NCBI GenBank assembly: GCA_964016885.1
Contig: OZ024759.1
Span: 18,352,001-18,416,000 of the forward strand
Origin: Eledone cirrhosa
Lineage: Eukaryota
Reading direction: 5' to 3'
DNA: 64,000 nucleotides
The translations under genes and the position numbers were made by a program. A model generated the notes under the pieces. That model saw only the letters and a program-made list of their open reading frames with translations, was not told the DNA's origin and did not search any database. This document shows positions 24,566-38,430 of this stretch, piece by piece (positions within the stretch are counted from its first letter, which is position 1; each line of letters starts with the position of its first letter).

Positions 24566-25197
24566 CATTCATTTTACGTCCGCTTTTTCCCTGCTTGCAA
24601 GGGTGGGACGGGAACTGATTCTGGCCTGATTTCTACAGCTGGATACCCTTCCTAACACCAACCTCATTTACAGTGAGTGCTGGGTGCTTTTTTGCCGTGG
24701 CACTTCCACGACCACTTTGCAGTGGAATGATAGGGACCCCAGTCCCTATCATCTCATTTCTACAGCTGAGTAAACTGGAGCAATGGGAAATAAAGTGTCT
24801 TGCTCAAGGAAACAACACATCACCCGGTCTGAGAATTGAACTCACAACCTTTTGATATATATATATATATATTTGTAAACGATATGTCCTCATATATCGT
24901 TTACAATATATGTATTGTATAAGCTAAACTTATATATATATGTATATATATATATATATGATGTGAGAAAAACCACAGACCCTCCATCTGAACTCTACTT
25001 TTAAAAAGCAGAAGAACTGCGAAACCGGTAAAGGAACCAAATAAATATATATATATTTTTTTTAAATAAGACTCCAGTTGCATTTTCGATTTCATCTTTT
25101 TTTCTTTATGCTTTCACTCGTGTAGGAGACCTCGTTTATTTTTCATTTTGTAAAAAAAACCCTCGCTTTCTAATATATATATATATATATTTATATT

Positions 25198-25241
<44 letters not shown>

Positions 25242-25376
25242 CAGACACACACATGTATACATATTCATATGTATGTATATGATTATATTCATATTTAAAT
25301 ACCTAAGTATAATACAAATACAAAATGAACAAACAAACAAGATTCAAAATCATAAAGTTTATTAGTTTCACACTTA

Positions 25377-25444
<68 letters not shown>

Positions 25445-25571
25445 CACACATATATATATATATATATATATATGTAAATATATATATATATTTATGTAAA
25501 TATATATATATATATATGTAAATATATATATATATATATATGTAAATATATATATATATATATATATGTAA

Positions 25572-25680
<109 letters not shown>

Positions 25681-26163
25681 TATATATATATATGTAAATA
25701 TATATATATATATGTAAATATATATATATATATATGTAAAATATATATATATATATATATGTATACATCATCATCGTCATCATACGTCTGCTTTTCCCTG
25801 CTTGGTTAGGGTAACAAAAATATTTGAATGTAAATTGATAAATAAATTTAATCAAAAATGTTATCATTATTATTTTTATTCTCATTATTTTGGTTGGAAA
25901 AGCAGTGCATTTTAGGTTAGTGTTTATATTTTTTTATCATGGGGGAGGTGATTGATGGTTCTTTGAAAATGGATGTTAAAACGATGGAAATGATGATGAT
26001 GGTGATGATGTTAATATCCATGATGATGATGATGTTGATGATGATGATGATAATTTCTATTGTAATATACATTGAGAAAGAATTTCACGGGAAAAAAAAT
26101 TTTATTCATGGCTACAAAAAAAAAACTCAGACATACCAATAAAATAAATAAATATATTAAAAA

Positions 26164-26199
<36 letters not shown>

Positions 26200-26656
26200 T
26201 AATATTTTCTTAATAATTGAAAATATGAAGACTACCCTCACCCTACAACTAGACTCTGAAAATATATAGATGTATAAAAAATTATTATGAACAAAATATT
26301 GAAAACATATAGTACGCAGTATGACATCTTCAATTTCTTCTTTAATTGAAAAAAATGGGATGTAATATATAGTGTATAAAACACACATATACATACAAGT
26401 ATACATATGTACAGATGTATATATGTATATATCTGTGTATGACAACATTTATGAACATATATATATTAATGTATTCAATCATATATGAATTTTAATAAAT
26501 ATCAATACATTCATATTTATGTCTATTATATATATGATATATATATATATATATATATGTGTCTGTGTATGTGTATATATAGATACATATATGTATATGT
26601 GTATATACATATATATAAATATATGACACATATATTGACATACACAGACATATATG

Positions 26657-26711
<55 letters not shown>

Positions 26712-26746
26712 TATATAAATATATGCATATATATATATATATGTGC

Positions 26747-26790
<44 letters not shown>

Positions 26791-28177
26791 GCATATATTT
26801 ATATATGCATATATTTATATATGTCATACATTTACACAAACATATATATATAGAAAGAAAGAGAGAGAGAGAGATGCATCTGTATGTATGTCTGTATAAA
26901 TACATTGAAAATCCATTTGCGATTAAGGAAGCAGTATTTATATTCAAGAGTAGACTAGGAAGGAATGTTGTTCCTGCTGTCATTCAGTGCACACAATGGC
27001 TACAGAAATAACGCAATGTGCTCTCTGGCATATTATCAAACCATCAGGTGTTGAAATGCACTTGATGCACACTGGAGTTCAGTGGAAAAGCATCCATAGA
27101 AGCTGTGCATTCTGCTCCACTTTCCCTTCTCTAAATGACTTAATTATCTCTCAACACTCTGTAAAGCTTAAGCAGAAAATATTGATTTCTGATTTAGGGA
27201 CAAGGTCAGCAATTTTGTTTGGTTTATTTCGTTTTTTGTTTTTTTTTTTTTTTTGTTTTTTTTGAGTGGAGAAAGGGCATAGTTGATTGAAACCAACCCC
27301 AGTACTTGACTGGTACTTTATTTTATCGAGCCTGGAAAGATGAAAGGCAAAGTTTACAACAACAATAAAAAAACTTCTTCATGTAAGTGGTTTACTTGAT
27401 TTAAGAGAACTAGCAGAGAAATCTCATTCAGATCACACCACACTATCTTGATAAAGATTCGTTGGACAATGCAGCTATAAATAGGATGAATGTGGGTGGA
27501 ATTCCCTTGAACTTATATCTGCTCAATCAAAGCAGTGAATTGGCAGTGATTGATCCCCTTCCTTGAGCAAGACACTTTATTTCACATTGCTCCAGTTTAC
27601 TCAGCTGTAGAATTGAGATAATAGGGATTGGGGTCCCTATCATTCCACTGCAAAGTGGTCGTGGAGGTGCCACAGCAAAAAAGCACCCAGCACTCACTGT
27701 AAATGAGGTTGGTGTTAGGAAGGGCATCTATCTATAGAAATCAAGCCAGAATCAGTTCCCATCCCACCCTTGCAAGCAGGGAAAAGCGACGTAAAAATGA
27801 TGATATATATATATATATAGTAATAATAAATCTGAAGACTAAAATCCGAAGAGGGCTCGATAAGGATTATATATATATATGAAATATATATAAATATAAA
27901 AACCCGTAGAGCAAATATTTGTTATTAGAACAGATTAAAGTTTAAGCAAAGAATCACTGCTTTCACCCTTAACAGGGTGAAATATATATATATATATATT
28001 TATGTATATGTTTGTGTGTATACATATGTATGTGTTTATGAGCAAGACATGGTCACTCATCAGAAGATCCCGTTAAGGCTGAAAGTAGATTATAAGTATT
28101 TAATATAGAAAGGCTTCTACAGGACTATAACTGTTTCATTTGGGAGAAATCATCAGGTAACTTCCCGAATGAAACAG

Positions 28178-28392
28178 TTCTAGTAAAGAAGTGCCAAGAA
28201 ATCCCAGTAGAAGGAAGACGCAGTAGAGGTAGACCACGTAAAACATGGGCGGAGGTGGTGAGAGCAGACTTCAGATCGCTGAAACTCACCAAGGAGATGA
28301 CGAAGGACCGTGATAAGTGGAGAGATGCTGAATAGTACCCGTCCAACCCTTGCAAGCAGGGAAAAGCAGACATAAAATGATGATGATGATGA
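28178..28392 (+). mobile_element. 3' end of a second RTE LINE family
   Basis: Reads LVKKCQEIPVEGRRSRGRPRKTWAEVVRADFRSLKLTKEMTKDRDKWRDAE*, then cccgtccaacccttgcaagcagggaaaagc...(GAT)n. Confidence 0.85.
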
Positions 28393-28787
28393 TAAATATA
28401 TATATATATATTGGCCTGCCCGCCCAGCCAGTGGGATGGCGCCATCGTATGGCTAAAACAGCACGTGCTGTGACCAGCAACGCCGAATGGCGCCCAGCAG
28501 ACTGGTTGTTCAAGGTGATATATATATATATTTATGTATATTTATGTGTGTATACATATACATATGTATGTATTAATATATATGCAACTGCTGATCATTT
28601 TGTTATTATAATTGACATTTGAATAAAATCAAGTGAAAGAGTTCAACAGTAAAATATTCTAAGTCTGTATCTTTGTGTGTGTTTTTATGTTTTAATATAT
28701 TGTGTATATTGTATGTGTGTGTGTACATCATCATCATCATCATCATCAATTTACGCCCGCTTTCCCCCTGTTTACAATGGTGGGACT

Positions 28788-28826
<39 letters not shown>

Positions 28827-28883
28827 CCCTCCCATATATATATATATATATATACACACACACTTATACATATATATACATAT

Positions 28884-28931
<48 letters not shown>

Positions 28932-28974
28932 TAATATATAAATAAATATGTATATTTTTGTATAAACATCTCTT

Positions 28975-29061
<87 letters not shown>

Positions 29062-29202
29062 TGTATATTTTTGTATAAACATCTCTTATATATATATATA
29101 TCATCATCATCATCATCATTTTACGTCCGCTTTTCCCTGCTTGCAAGGGTGGGACGGATATATATATGTATATATACATACATATATATATTCATACATA
29201 CA

Positions 29203-29240
<38 letters not shown>

Positions 29241-29301
29241 AATATATGAATAAATATGTATATTTTTGTATAAACATCTCTTATATATATATATATTTAT
29301 G

Positions 29302-29369
<68 letters not shown>

Positions 29370-29703
29370 ATATATATATTATTCATGTGTGGGTTCGATG
29401 AGAGAAATTTCTAAAACATTTGAAAACAAGAATTGCTGGTAGCAACAGAATTCTCTCTTCAGCACTTAAGTAATGCTGAAAACCCCCTGAAACATGCAAA
29501 AAATAATGAACTTCACTGTCCATAATATTATAATATTTTTCTTTTTCCTTTCCATTATATATTTCTTTTGAAATTCATTATTCTTTCTTTTGTTTTTCAT
29601 TTTGGATTTTTTGAATAGAAATATATACATATATATAGATATATATGTATATATAAATTTGTATGTGTATATATATGTATGTATGTGTATGTATGTATAT
29701 ATA

Positions 29704-29734
<31 letters not shown>

Positions 29735-29753
29735 GTGTGTATGTATGTGTGTG

Positions 29754-29824
<71 letters not shown>

Positions 29825-29856
29825 TATATATATGTATTTTTGTATATATGTCTGTG

Positions 29857-29887
<31 letters not shown>

Positions 29888-29888
<1 letters not shown>

Positions 29889-30081
29889 ACGAAGGAAATG
29901 TGGTAAGGAACCAGGTGGACCATAACGCACCAAAGTACTCAATACTTGAGGTAGTAGAGTGGGTAATAGGAACCAGTAAGACCCCGACAGCTGAGCTCAA
30001 GCCGTTTCGACGGCTAATTCTGGACTCTAGCCAGAATTGGCCGTCGAAACGGCTTGAGCTCAGCTGTCGGGGTCTTACTGG

Positions 30082-30085
<4 letters not shown>
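29888..30085 (-). mobile_element. Fold-back element with hammerhead 3' half (family of 4053-4250)
   Basis: Palindrome 29970-30084 centred on ctggactctagccag, with GAAA cggct tgagctc agctg TC on both arms. TA-flanked. Confidence 0.7.
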
Positions 30086-30171
<86 letters not shown>

Positions 30172-30271
30172 TATATATAGACCCATGCTAGCTTGGAAAA
30201 TGGACGTTAAACAATGATGATGATGATATATATAATATATATATATAATATATGTAAATATATATATATAA

Positions 30272-30319
<48 letters not shown>

Positions 30320-30419
30320 TATATATAGACCCATGCTAGCTTGGAAAATGGACGTTAAACGATGATGATGATGATATATATAATATATATATATAATATA
30401 TGTAAATATATATATATAA

Positions 30420-30471
<52 letters not shown>

Positions 30472-30687
30472 TGTTCTTATTTCTACATTATTTATTTTCT
30501 TATATATAGTCATTCTTCTGCCTTAATTTTGATGAATGAGTTCTTTGAGAACGGTATTTAGAAGGAAATAAAAATAAAAAACATATATATATATATATCA
30601 TCATCATCATCATCATCATTTTACGCCCGCTTTTCCCTGCTTGCAAGGGTGGGACGGGTCTTATTCAGCACAGCATCTCTCCACTCG

Positions 30688-30720
<33 letters not shown>

Positions 30721-31789
30721 TAAATAAATAAAAGGCTCAAATAAACTTTTGGGAAAAATCTAAATTTAGGAAATTTTCTAAAGTAAAAATATTTTCGGTT
30801 CAGGAAATATTCTCCATTAGAATTTATTTCAACAGAATAGTTTATCTAGTTTTCTTTGTTGTTGTTTTTCCTCTTTCTTCTTTACCATCTCTCTTTCTTC
30901 ATTCTTTCTCACTTGATTTGTTCTCTCTTTTTCATTCTTTGTTTATCTTTTTCTCTCTCTTTTCTTACCTCTTTTTCTTTTCCAGTTTCCTTCCTCTCAT
31001 CCTTTCACTCACGTTTTCCTTTATCTTCTTTATGATCTCTCTCTCTTCTTTCTTTCTCTCTTTATTTGTTCTCTCTCTCTCGTTTTCATTCCTTGGTACT
31101 CTTTCTCTGTCTCTTTTCTTACCTTTTTCTTTTCCTTCTCTCTTCCTCTCTTTCTTTCACTCTTTTTCTTTTTTACTTTCTCTTTCTTTGTATTCTGTTG
31201 TTGTTGTTGTCAAGTTGTTATTAATGCATTGTTGTTATGTTGATGCTGTTGTTGTGTTGTTATTGCTGTTGTGTTGTTGCTGCTGCTGTTGTTGTGATAT
31301 AGTGTTGTTGTTTATGTTGATGTGCTGATGTTGTTGTGCTGCTGTTGTTGTTGTGTTGTTGTTGTTGCTGTTGTTGTGTTGTTGTTGATGTGATATAGTG
31401 TTGTTGTTTATGTTGATGTGCTGAGGTTGTTGTGCTGCTGTTGTTGTGATATAGTGTTGTTGTAGCTCTATAAACCTCCACTAGTGAATGACACACAAGT
31501 GTAGCTAGATAAAGCCATTGAAGAGAAAATAACATAAATAATAAATGGAGAAATAGATTTTTTGTTTCCTTCTTCTTCAGGTTTCTGTACAACAACATAC
31601 GTACACCCCCACCCTTAATTCTTTAAAGAAAGACGATATATATATATATATATATATAGAAAACCAAAGATTAATATGGTTCATTGATTACTCAATGTTT
31701 ATAGTTTTACAATAGATTAAAAGCACTCTACAAAAAAATTTTCTGGAGTTATTATTATTCATTTATTATTATTCTGAATAATATATATA

Positions 31790-32030
31790 TAGAATGGAAA
31801 ACGAAAAATCAGTGATGCATCGGAACTCAATTTATTGTGTGTTACAACTGTTTCCCCGGCGAACAGCTCAAGGTGCGGTCTGTGTGTGGATCTACCTGAC
31901 TCTAAACTCCCAAGTTCCTCTGACATGTCTATTGATTTCGGATCATATCCTCTTTCTATAATACTCTGCTCCATAGGAGCATAGAGTGCTCAACCGGCAT
32001 ACCGCCTATGGAAGCATCTTAGCTACCATT
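31790..32030 (-). mobile_element. TA-flanked element with degenerate long-stem-II hammerhead (31840-31925); related to 39130-39350
   Basis: Reverse strand reads tgt CAGAGGA...GAAA cagttg TA aca...AATAAA. Shares cctgactct and gagtgctcaacc.gcataccgc with 39130-39350. Confidence 0.5.
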
Positions 32031-32441
32031 AGATATATATATATATATATGTGTGTGTATGTCATCATTCATCATTTCATTTTACGTCCCCTTTTTCCCT
32101 GCTTGCAAGGTTGGGACGGGAACTGATTCTGGCTTGATTTCTACAGCTGGATGCCCTTCCTAACACCAACCTCATTTACAGTGAGTGCTGGGTGCTTTTT
32201 TTGCCGTGGCACCTCCACAACCACTTTGCAGTGGAATGATAGGGACCCCAGTCCCTATCATCTCATTTCTACAGCTGAGTAAACTGAAGCAATGAGAAAT
32301 AAAGTGTCTTGCTCAAGGAAACAACACATCAGCCAGTCTGAGAATTGAACTCACAACCTTTCGATTGCAAGGCTACACACACCCTTATATATATGTCCCA
32401 CCCTTGCAAGCAGGGAAAAGCGGACGTAAAATGATGATGAT

Positions 32442-32485
<44 letters not shown>

Positions 32486-32569
32486 GGAGGTGAGTTTTAT
32501 TGTAGTACAATAAAGCAATGCAGATATTGGATAAGAAGCACTCTACAGTTTGTAGGACTGGAGTATACA

Positions 32570-32796
32570 TAATATATAAGATCAAAAGATGGTTAAAAGA
32601 GTTCCATGTATTTTATTATGCGCATTTCAAAAACATATGTTGATTTAAAACTGCACTATCCACAAGTGTTTTTTAACCTTCATATCATGTCTTCCTGTTT
32701 TATCTGATGAAAACACAAATATTATTGCATGATGATATTTGTTTTTGAAATGCGCATAATAAAATACATGGAACTCTTTTAACCATCTTTTGTTCT

Positions 32797-32805
<9 letters not shown>
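32570..32805 (+). mobile_element. Fold-back element with intact hammerhead at 32698-32764
   Basis: ttttat CTGATGA aaacacaaatatta-ttgcatga-tgatatttgttttt GAAA tgcgca TA ataaaa. The inverted arm 32570-32635 ends inside stem II. Confidence 0.8.
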
Positions 32806-32855
<50 letters not shown>

Positions 32856-32909
32856 GGTATACTCATGTATATTTATATATATATATGTTTCATCATCATC
32901 ATCGTTTAA

Positions 32910-34557
32910 CGTGATGGTTCTAGTGGTGGTAGTAGTGCAGCTGATGTGGATGATGGTGGTGGCAGTGGTGGTGATGGTGGTGGTTGTTGTGGCAGTGCTG
33001 ATGGTGGTTCTAGTGATAGTAGTAGTGCTGGTGGTGATGGTGGTGATGGTGGTGACAATGATGATAGTGTTGATAAGAATTGTGGTGGTGGTGGTGGTGG
33101 TGGTGGTGTTGGTGCTAGTGGTGGTGAAGATGGGGATATTAATGGTGGTAGTGCTGGTGAAGGTGATAAGGGTGATTTTGGTGTTTGGGTGGTGGTGGTG
33201 ATGATGATTCTGTTAAGATTGATGGTGGTGGTGGTGGTGGTGGCGGCGGCGGAATTGCATTGGTGATGGTGGTTTGTGGTCCTTCTATTGGGGATGCTTA
33301 TCCACCTGATGCAAATGATTATAATGATGATGATGATAAAGACAAAAACACTTACAACACCAACAACAACATCACCATCATCACCAACAACAGCACCAAC
33401 ATCACCAACAACTCCAATAACAACACCACCAACAACACCTCCACCAGCAGCAGCAACAACAAAACCAGCAATAACATCACAACAACAACTCGAACAGCAT
33501 TACCACCACCTCCAACAACAACAACAACACCACCACCAACACCACAACCATTACCAACACCAACACAACCACCAACAACAACATCAACACCACAACCATT
33601 ACCAACACCAACACAACCACCACCAACAACATCAACACCACAACCATTACCAACACCAACACAACCACCAACAACAACATCAACACCACAACCATTACCA
33701 ACACCAACACAACCACCACCAACAACATCAACACCACAACCATTACCAACACCAACACAACCACCACCAACAACATCAACACCACAACCATTACCAACAC
33801 CAACACAACCACCAACAACAACATCAACACCACAACCATTACCAACACCAACACAACCACCAACAACAACATCAACACCACAACCATTACCAACACCAAC
33901 ACAACCACCAACAACAACATCAACACCACAACCATTACCAACACCAACACAACCACCAACAACAACATCAACACCACAACCATTACCAACACCAACACAA
34001 CCACCACCAACAACATCAACACCACAACCATTACCAACACCAACACAACCACCAACAACAACATCAACACCACAACCATTACCAACACCAACACAACCAC
34101 CAACAACAACATCAACACCACAACCATTACCAACACCAACACCAACAACAACATCAACACCACAACCATTACCAACACCAACACAACCACCACCAACAAC
34201 ATCAACACCACAACCATTACCAACACCAACACAACCACCAACAACAACATCAACACCACAACCATTACCAACACCAACACAACCACCACCAACAACATCA
34301 ACACCACAACCATTACCAACACCACCACAACCACTAACAACAACATCAACACCACAACCATTACCAACACCAACACCAACAACAACATCAACACCACAAC
34401 CATTACCAACACCAACACAACCACCACCAACAACATCAACACCACAACCATTACCAACACCAACACAACCACCAACAACATCAACACTACTAACAACATC
34501 AACACCACCACCATCAACACCACCAACAACAACAACACCAACAACAACACTAACACC
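32910..34557. repeat. (GGT)n tract followed by C/A-rich 42-bp minisatellite
   Basis: caacaccacaaccattaccaacaccaacacaaccaccaacaacaacat repeats. Source of the mucin-like PTPTQPPTTTSTPQPL pseudo-ORF. Confidence 0.93.
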
Positions 34558-35281
34558 CTTTTCAAATATTAATGTTTTGCTAATATGATCTATCCCCACT
34601 GAAACCAAGAAGAACCTATCAATGTTACCTTTTGTTCAGTTTATTAATTATTCAATTAAGAAGTATTAATGGAAAATTCTATACTTTTTGTTTTTGATTC
34701 CCTGTTTGTGTTCACTAGAGTTTTGGGTATGTTTTTACCTCCCCTTTTCTATCACTCTTCATTTTGTTCTATCCATGATACTTATATAAATATATGCTCA
34801 TGATTTTATTATCAGTTATATGTATATAAATGTGCGTGTGTGCCTATGTATATACATAATATGTATATATATGTGTGTGTGTGTATCTGTATATATATAC
34901 TATATAAACTATATATATATGCATGTATGTGTGTATATATATATATATATATATGCGTATATATATATCAATATATATATATGCGTATATATATATCAAT
35001 ATATATATATGCGTATATATATATCAATATATATATATGCGTATATATATATCAATATATGTATATGCGTATATATATCAATATATATATACGCATATAT
35101 ATATATATACACACACACACATATATATGTGAGTGTATACATGTATGCATTATTGTACATGTTATATATATATATATAATATTATTACCAGGGAGATTTC
35201 TATGTGTTTATTTTATTCATACTTTTACTATTTTTATTTTGCTTCTGATTTATTTTAATTTAAATATTTGGCTTTTTCCTT

Positions 35282-35327
<46 letters not shown>

Positions 35328-35997
35328 TGTATTCATTGGAGCTAGAATCTTGCTGATTTCCTTTATTTCTATTCCTTGTACATGTGAAATTCTCTTTGTA
35401 TTATATTCAATTATTTTATTTTGCCAGGTTTCTTTCATTTTTACTAGCAGAAATATATTTTATTTTTTCCTTATCTTTTTTTTTGGGTTCCCATTTTTTA
35501 AATTCTTCTTTTTCCCTTTTTATTTTTTTTCGTTTTGTTCTGCATACTAAATCACTGTGTTGTCTTTCATATATAATTTTCTCTTCTGCAAAATAAACCA
35601 TTTTCTCTCACTTTCACTTCTGATTTATCTTCTCCATCTAATCAAGGTGCAACCTGCCATTAAAATATATTGCCAACTTAGATAGTTGGCCTGCCAGGAA
35701 CCATTTGCCTATGATTAAAGAAATACCTACGTTACATAAGTATTGTGTGTATGGTCTAGGGAGGCCATCATTTCTGTTGCAAAGCTTTGTTTAGCTTCTA
35801 AACCATTATTGTCATGATGAGTGAAGTATTATATCTTTGGATAAAAGTGAACCAATGTTGTCAGAATGTCACCGTGACTCTCACACACCTGTTTATTATA
35901 TGTCGTAGTGACACTCATGGAAGCTTTTCATAAAAATCACACCTTCACACACATACATATGTATATGTATGTGTGTGTGTGTATATATATATATGTA

Positions 35998-36250
35998 GTG
36001 GAGACACGTGGCCTACTGGTAAGGGTGTTGGACTGTGGGTTCGATTCCTGGGTGGTGTTGTGTTCTTGAGCAAAACAGTTCATTTCACATTGCTCCAGTA
36101 TACTCAGCTGAAAATGAGTACCAGCAATAGCTGGGGGTTTAACCTTGTGATGGACTGGCGTCCTCTCCAGGAGGGAGTCTTGTACTCTGTCACTTCACGC
36201 CATGAAACGCACTGGCCAAATGAGCCTTCTGGCTTAAGACAGACTTTACA
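35998..36250 (+). mobile_element. Degenerate tRNA-derived SINE (similar old copies ~56601-56900 and 58152-58500)
   Basis: gtggcctactggtaagg...ggttcgattcc...cttgagcaaaacagttcatttcacattgctccagt. Confidence 0.65.
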
Positions 36251-36272
36251 CTTAGATATATATGTGTTTGTA

Positions 36273-36313
<41 letters not shown>

Positions 36314-36315
<2 letters not shown>

Positions 36316-36515
36316 GCATGGTGTGGACGTGGATGTGAATGTTTTCAAGAAACATCTTGACACCCTGCTATCCAGGATCCCAGATGAGCCCACAGCACGG
36401 TACGAAGGTAAGTTAAGGGCAGCAGCAATGAACCCCCCTCTTACAGCAATGGCCATCAACACACAGGCTGGAGATAGAATGTGAAACAACAAGGGTGGTG
36501 CCCCAGCCAAGTAAA
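36314..36515 (+). mobile_element. 3' end fragment of CR1-like LINE
   Basis: Reads LHGVDVDVNVFKKHLDTLLSRIPDEPT...RAAA. FKxxLDxxLxxIPDEP is a C-terminal motif of invertebrate CR1-like LINEs (recall). Confidence 0.6.
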
Positions 36516-36604
36516 AGAGAATGTATATATATATAATGTGTGTGTATATATATATGTGTGTGTGTGTATATATATATGTGTGTGTGTGTATATATATATA
36601 TATA

Positions 36605-36653
<49 letters not shown>

Positions 36654-37532
36654 ATATATATATGTGTGTGTATATATATAAATATGTGTGTGTGTGTGTG
36701 TGTGTATATGTCTGTGTTTGTGTGTAGTTGCAGGCATCACTGGGTGGCTAAGTAGTTTGCATACCAGCCATTTGGTTTCAAGTAAAGTCACATTGCATGA
36801 GATCTCAGAGAGAGAGAGAGACATATAGATAGATAGATACGTACATGCCTAGACAAGCTGATGGATAATGTTTATTTTTCATTCGCTGTTATTATCATCA
36901 TCATCATCATTTTACGTCCGCTTTTCCCTGCTTGCAAGGGTGGGACGGGAACTGATTCTGGCTTGATTTCTACAGCTGGATGCCCTTCCTAACACCAACC
37001 TCATTTACAGTGAGTGCTGGGTGCTTTTTTGCCGTGGCACCTCCACGACCACTTTGCAGTGGAATGATGGGGACCCCAGTCCCTATCATCTCATTTCTAC
37101 AGCTGAGTAAACTGGAGCAATGTGAAATAAAGTGTCTTGCTCAAGGAAACAACACATCACCCGGTCTGAGAATTGAACTCACAACCTTTCGATTGCAAGG
37201 CCAATGCTCTAACCACTAAGCCATGTGCCTCTCTGTTATTATATTAGAAGTATGAATGTTCATGTGTATTTAACTGCTTTTCAACCTTCACTGCTTTCTC
37301 ATGTGCATCACTAGTAATTTGTGAACCACTTAACACATCTTGCGTTGAGATGTGTCTGAATTCAAACAATTCAAATGCTAATGAATTAAATATGAAGTGT
37401 GCGAGAATGTAGCAGAGGTTAAAATATTAATTACATGCAGATAAACACAATGACTTTTATTTGATATCACAGTGGAAAGCCATCTGAGTGTACTTTAATT
37501 GGTTACAAAATTAACCAATTAGTGATATATAT

Positions 37533-38062
37533 ATATTGTTATACTTTGGGAGGGTCATGTTGCCAATAAGAAACACACGCACCAGTTGCTTTCACTTCAA
37601 TTTATTATATATTTATAAATTTATAAATCTACAAACTTATAAATTTCTGGTTGGTTGGTTCCGCAACCAGATAGTTGTTTATATATAGTCATAGTCCTTT
37701 CGTCACACACTCTGTGACCTCTTCAGTGACTGGGGATTCCTTTCTTTGTTTCTGTGCCTTTCCTTTCTTCTGTCCTACGCCATTTTGTTTCTGTGTGTGT
37801 GTTGTATGCTCAGAGGTCACAGAGTGTGTGACGAAAGGACTATGACTATATATAAACAACTATCTGATTGCGGAACCAACCAACCAACCAGAAATTTATA
37901 AGTTTGTAGATTTATAAATTTATAAATATATAATAAATTGAAGTGAAAGCAACTGGTGCGTGTGTTTCTTATTGGCAACATGACCCTCCCAAAGTATAAC
38001 AATATCGGTTTCAACACACGATTTCAGATAAAGAATCTTGCTAAACAAATTCAGAAACGAGA
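37533..38062. mobile_element. Fold-back element (~190-bp arms 37533-37721 / 37814-38005) with hammerhead on - strand 37687-37731
   Basis: Reverse strand reads agtca CTGAAGA g gtcac agagtgt gtgac GAAA ggac TA tgact. The right arm starts inside the ribozyme core. Family members at 42590-42700 and 53595-53772. Confidence 0.82.
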
Positions 38063-38275
38063 TATATATATATATATTTATTCAGGTTTGAGGTTCACCA
38101 CTGTATAGAGCTGGTCTATTCCGTATGGTCAATCGTAATGCAATAATATAGAGAGTACTCAACGTAAGGCAGTTCAACCGTCTTTGTTTTTGTAGTTGGT
38201 GGTGCTATTACGGAGTTAAATATTATAATGAAATGACAGGAGGCTGGATTTGTGTAAATCCTTGAAAGGTTTATT

Positions 38276-38333
38276 ATACTATGATCATTTCAATGACCGG
38301 GTTCCGTATGAATCCGGTGATATCATCAGGTAT
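38276..38333 (-). ncRNA. Type I hammerhead ribozyme motif, canonical core
   Basis: Reverse strand reads atac CTGATGA tatc accggattc atacg gaacccggt catt GAAA tgatca TA gtat, then AATAAA. Confidence 0.8.
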
Positions 38334-38381
38334 TCAAAATATAATACGTGAATGTAATAGATAAAATCCATGGGGCTGAAA

Positions 38382-38430
<49 letters not shown>

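Noticed and set aside
26975-27095. Iron-responsive element or SECIS (CAGTGN loops, ATGA motif)
   Set aside because: Flanking bases do not form the required 5-bp upper stem or kink-turn geometry.
31759-31974. ORF MEQSIIERGYDPKS... as the first exon of a nested gene
   Set aside because: Lies in a TA-flanked repeat related to 39130-39350 that carries a degenerate hammerhead, with no other exons found.
33185-34588. Mucin-like Pro/Thr-rich 467-aa ORF
   Set aside because: A C/A minisatellite open in multiple frames on both strands, with no signal peptide or convincing splice sites.
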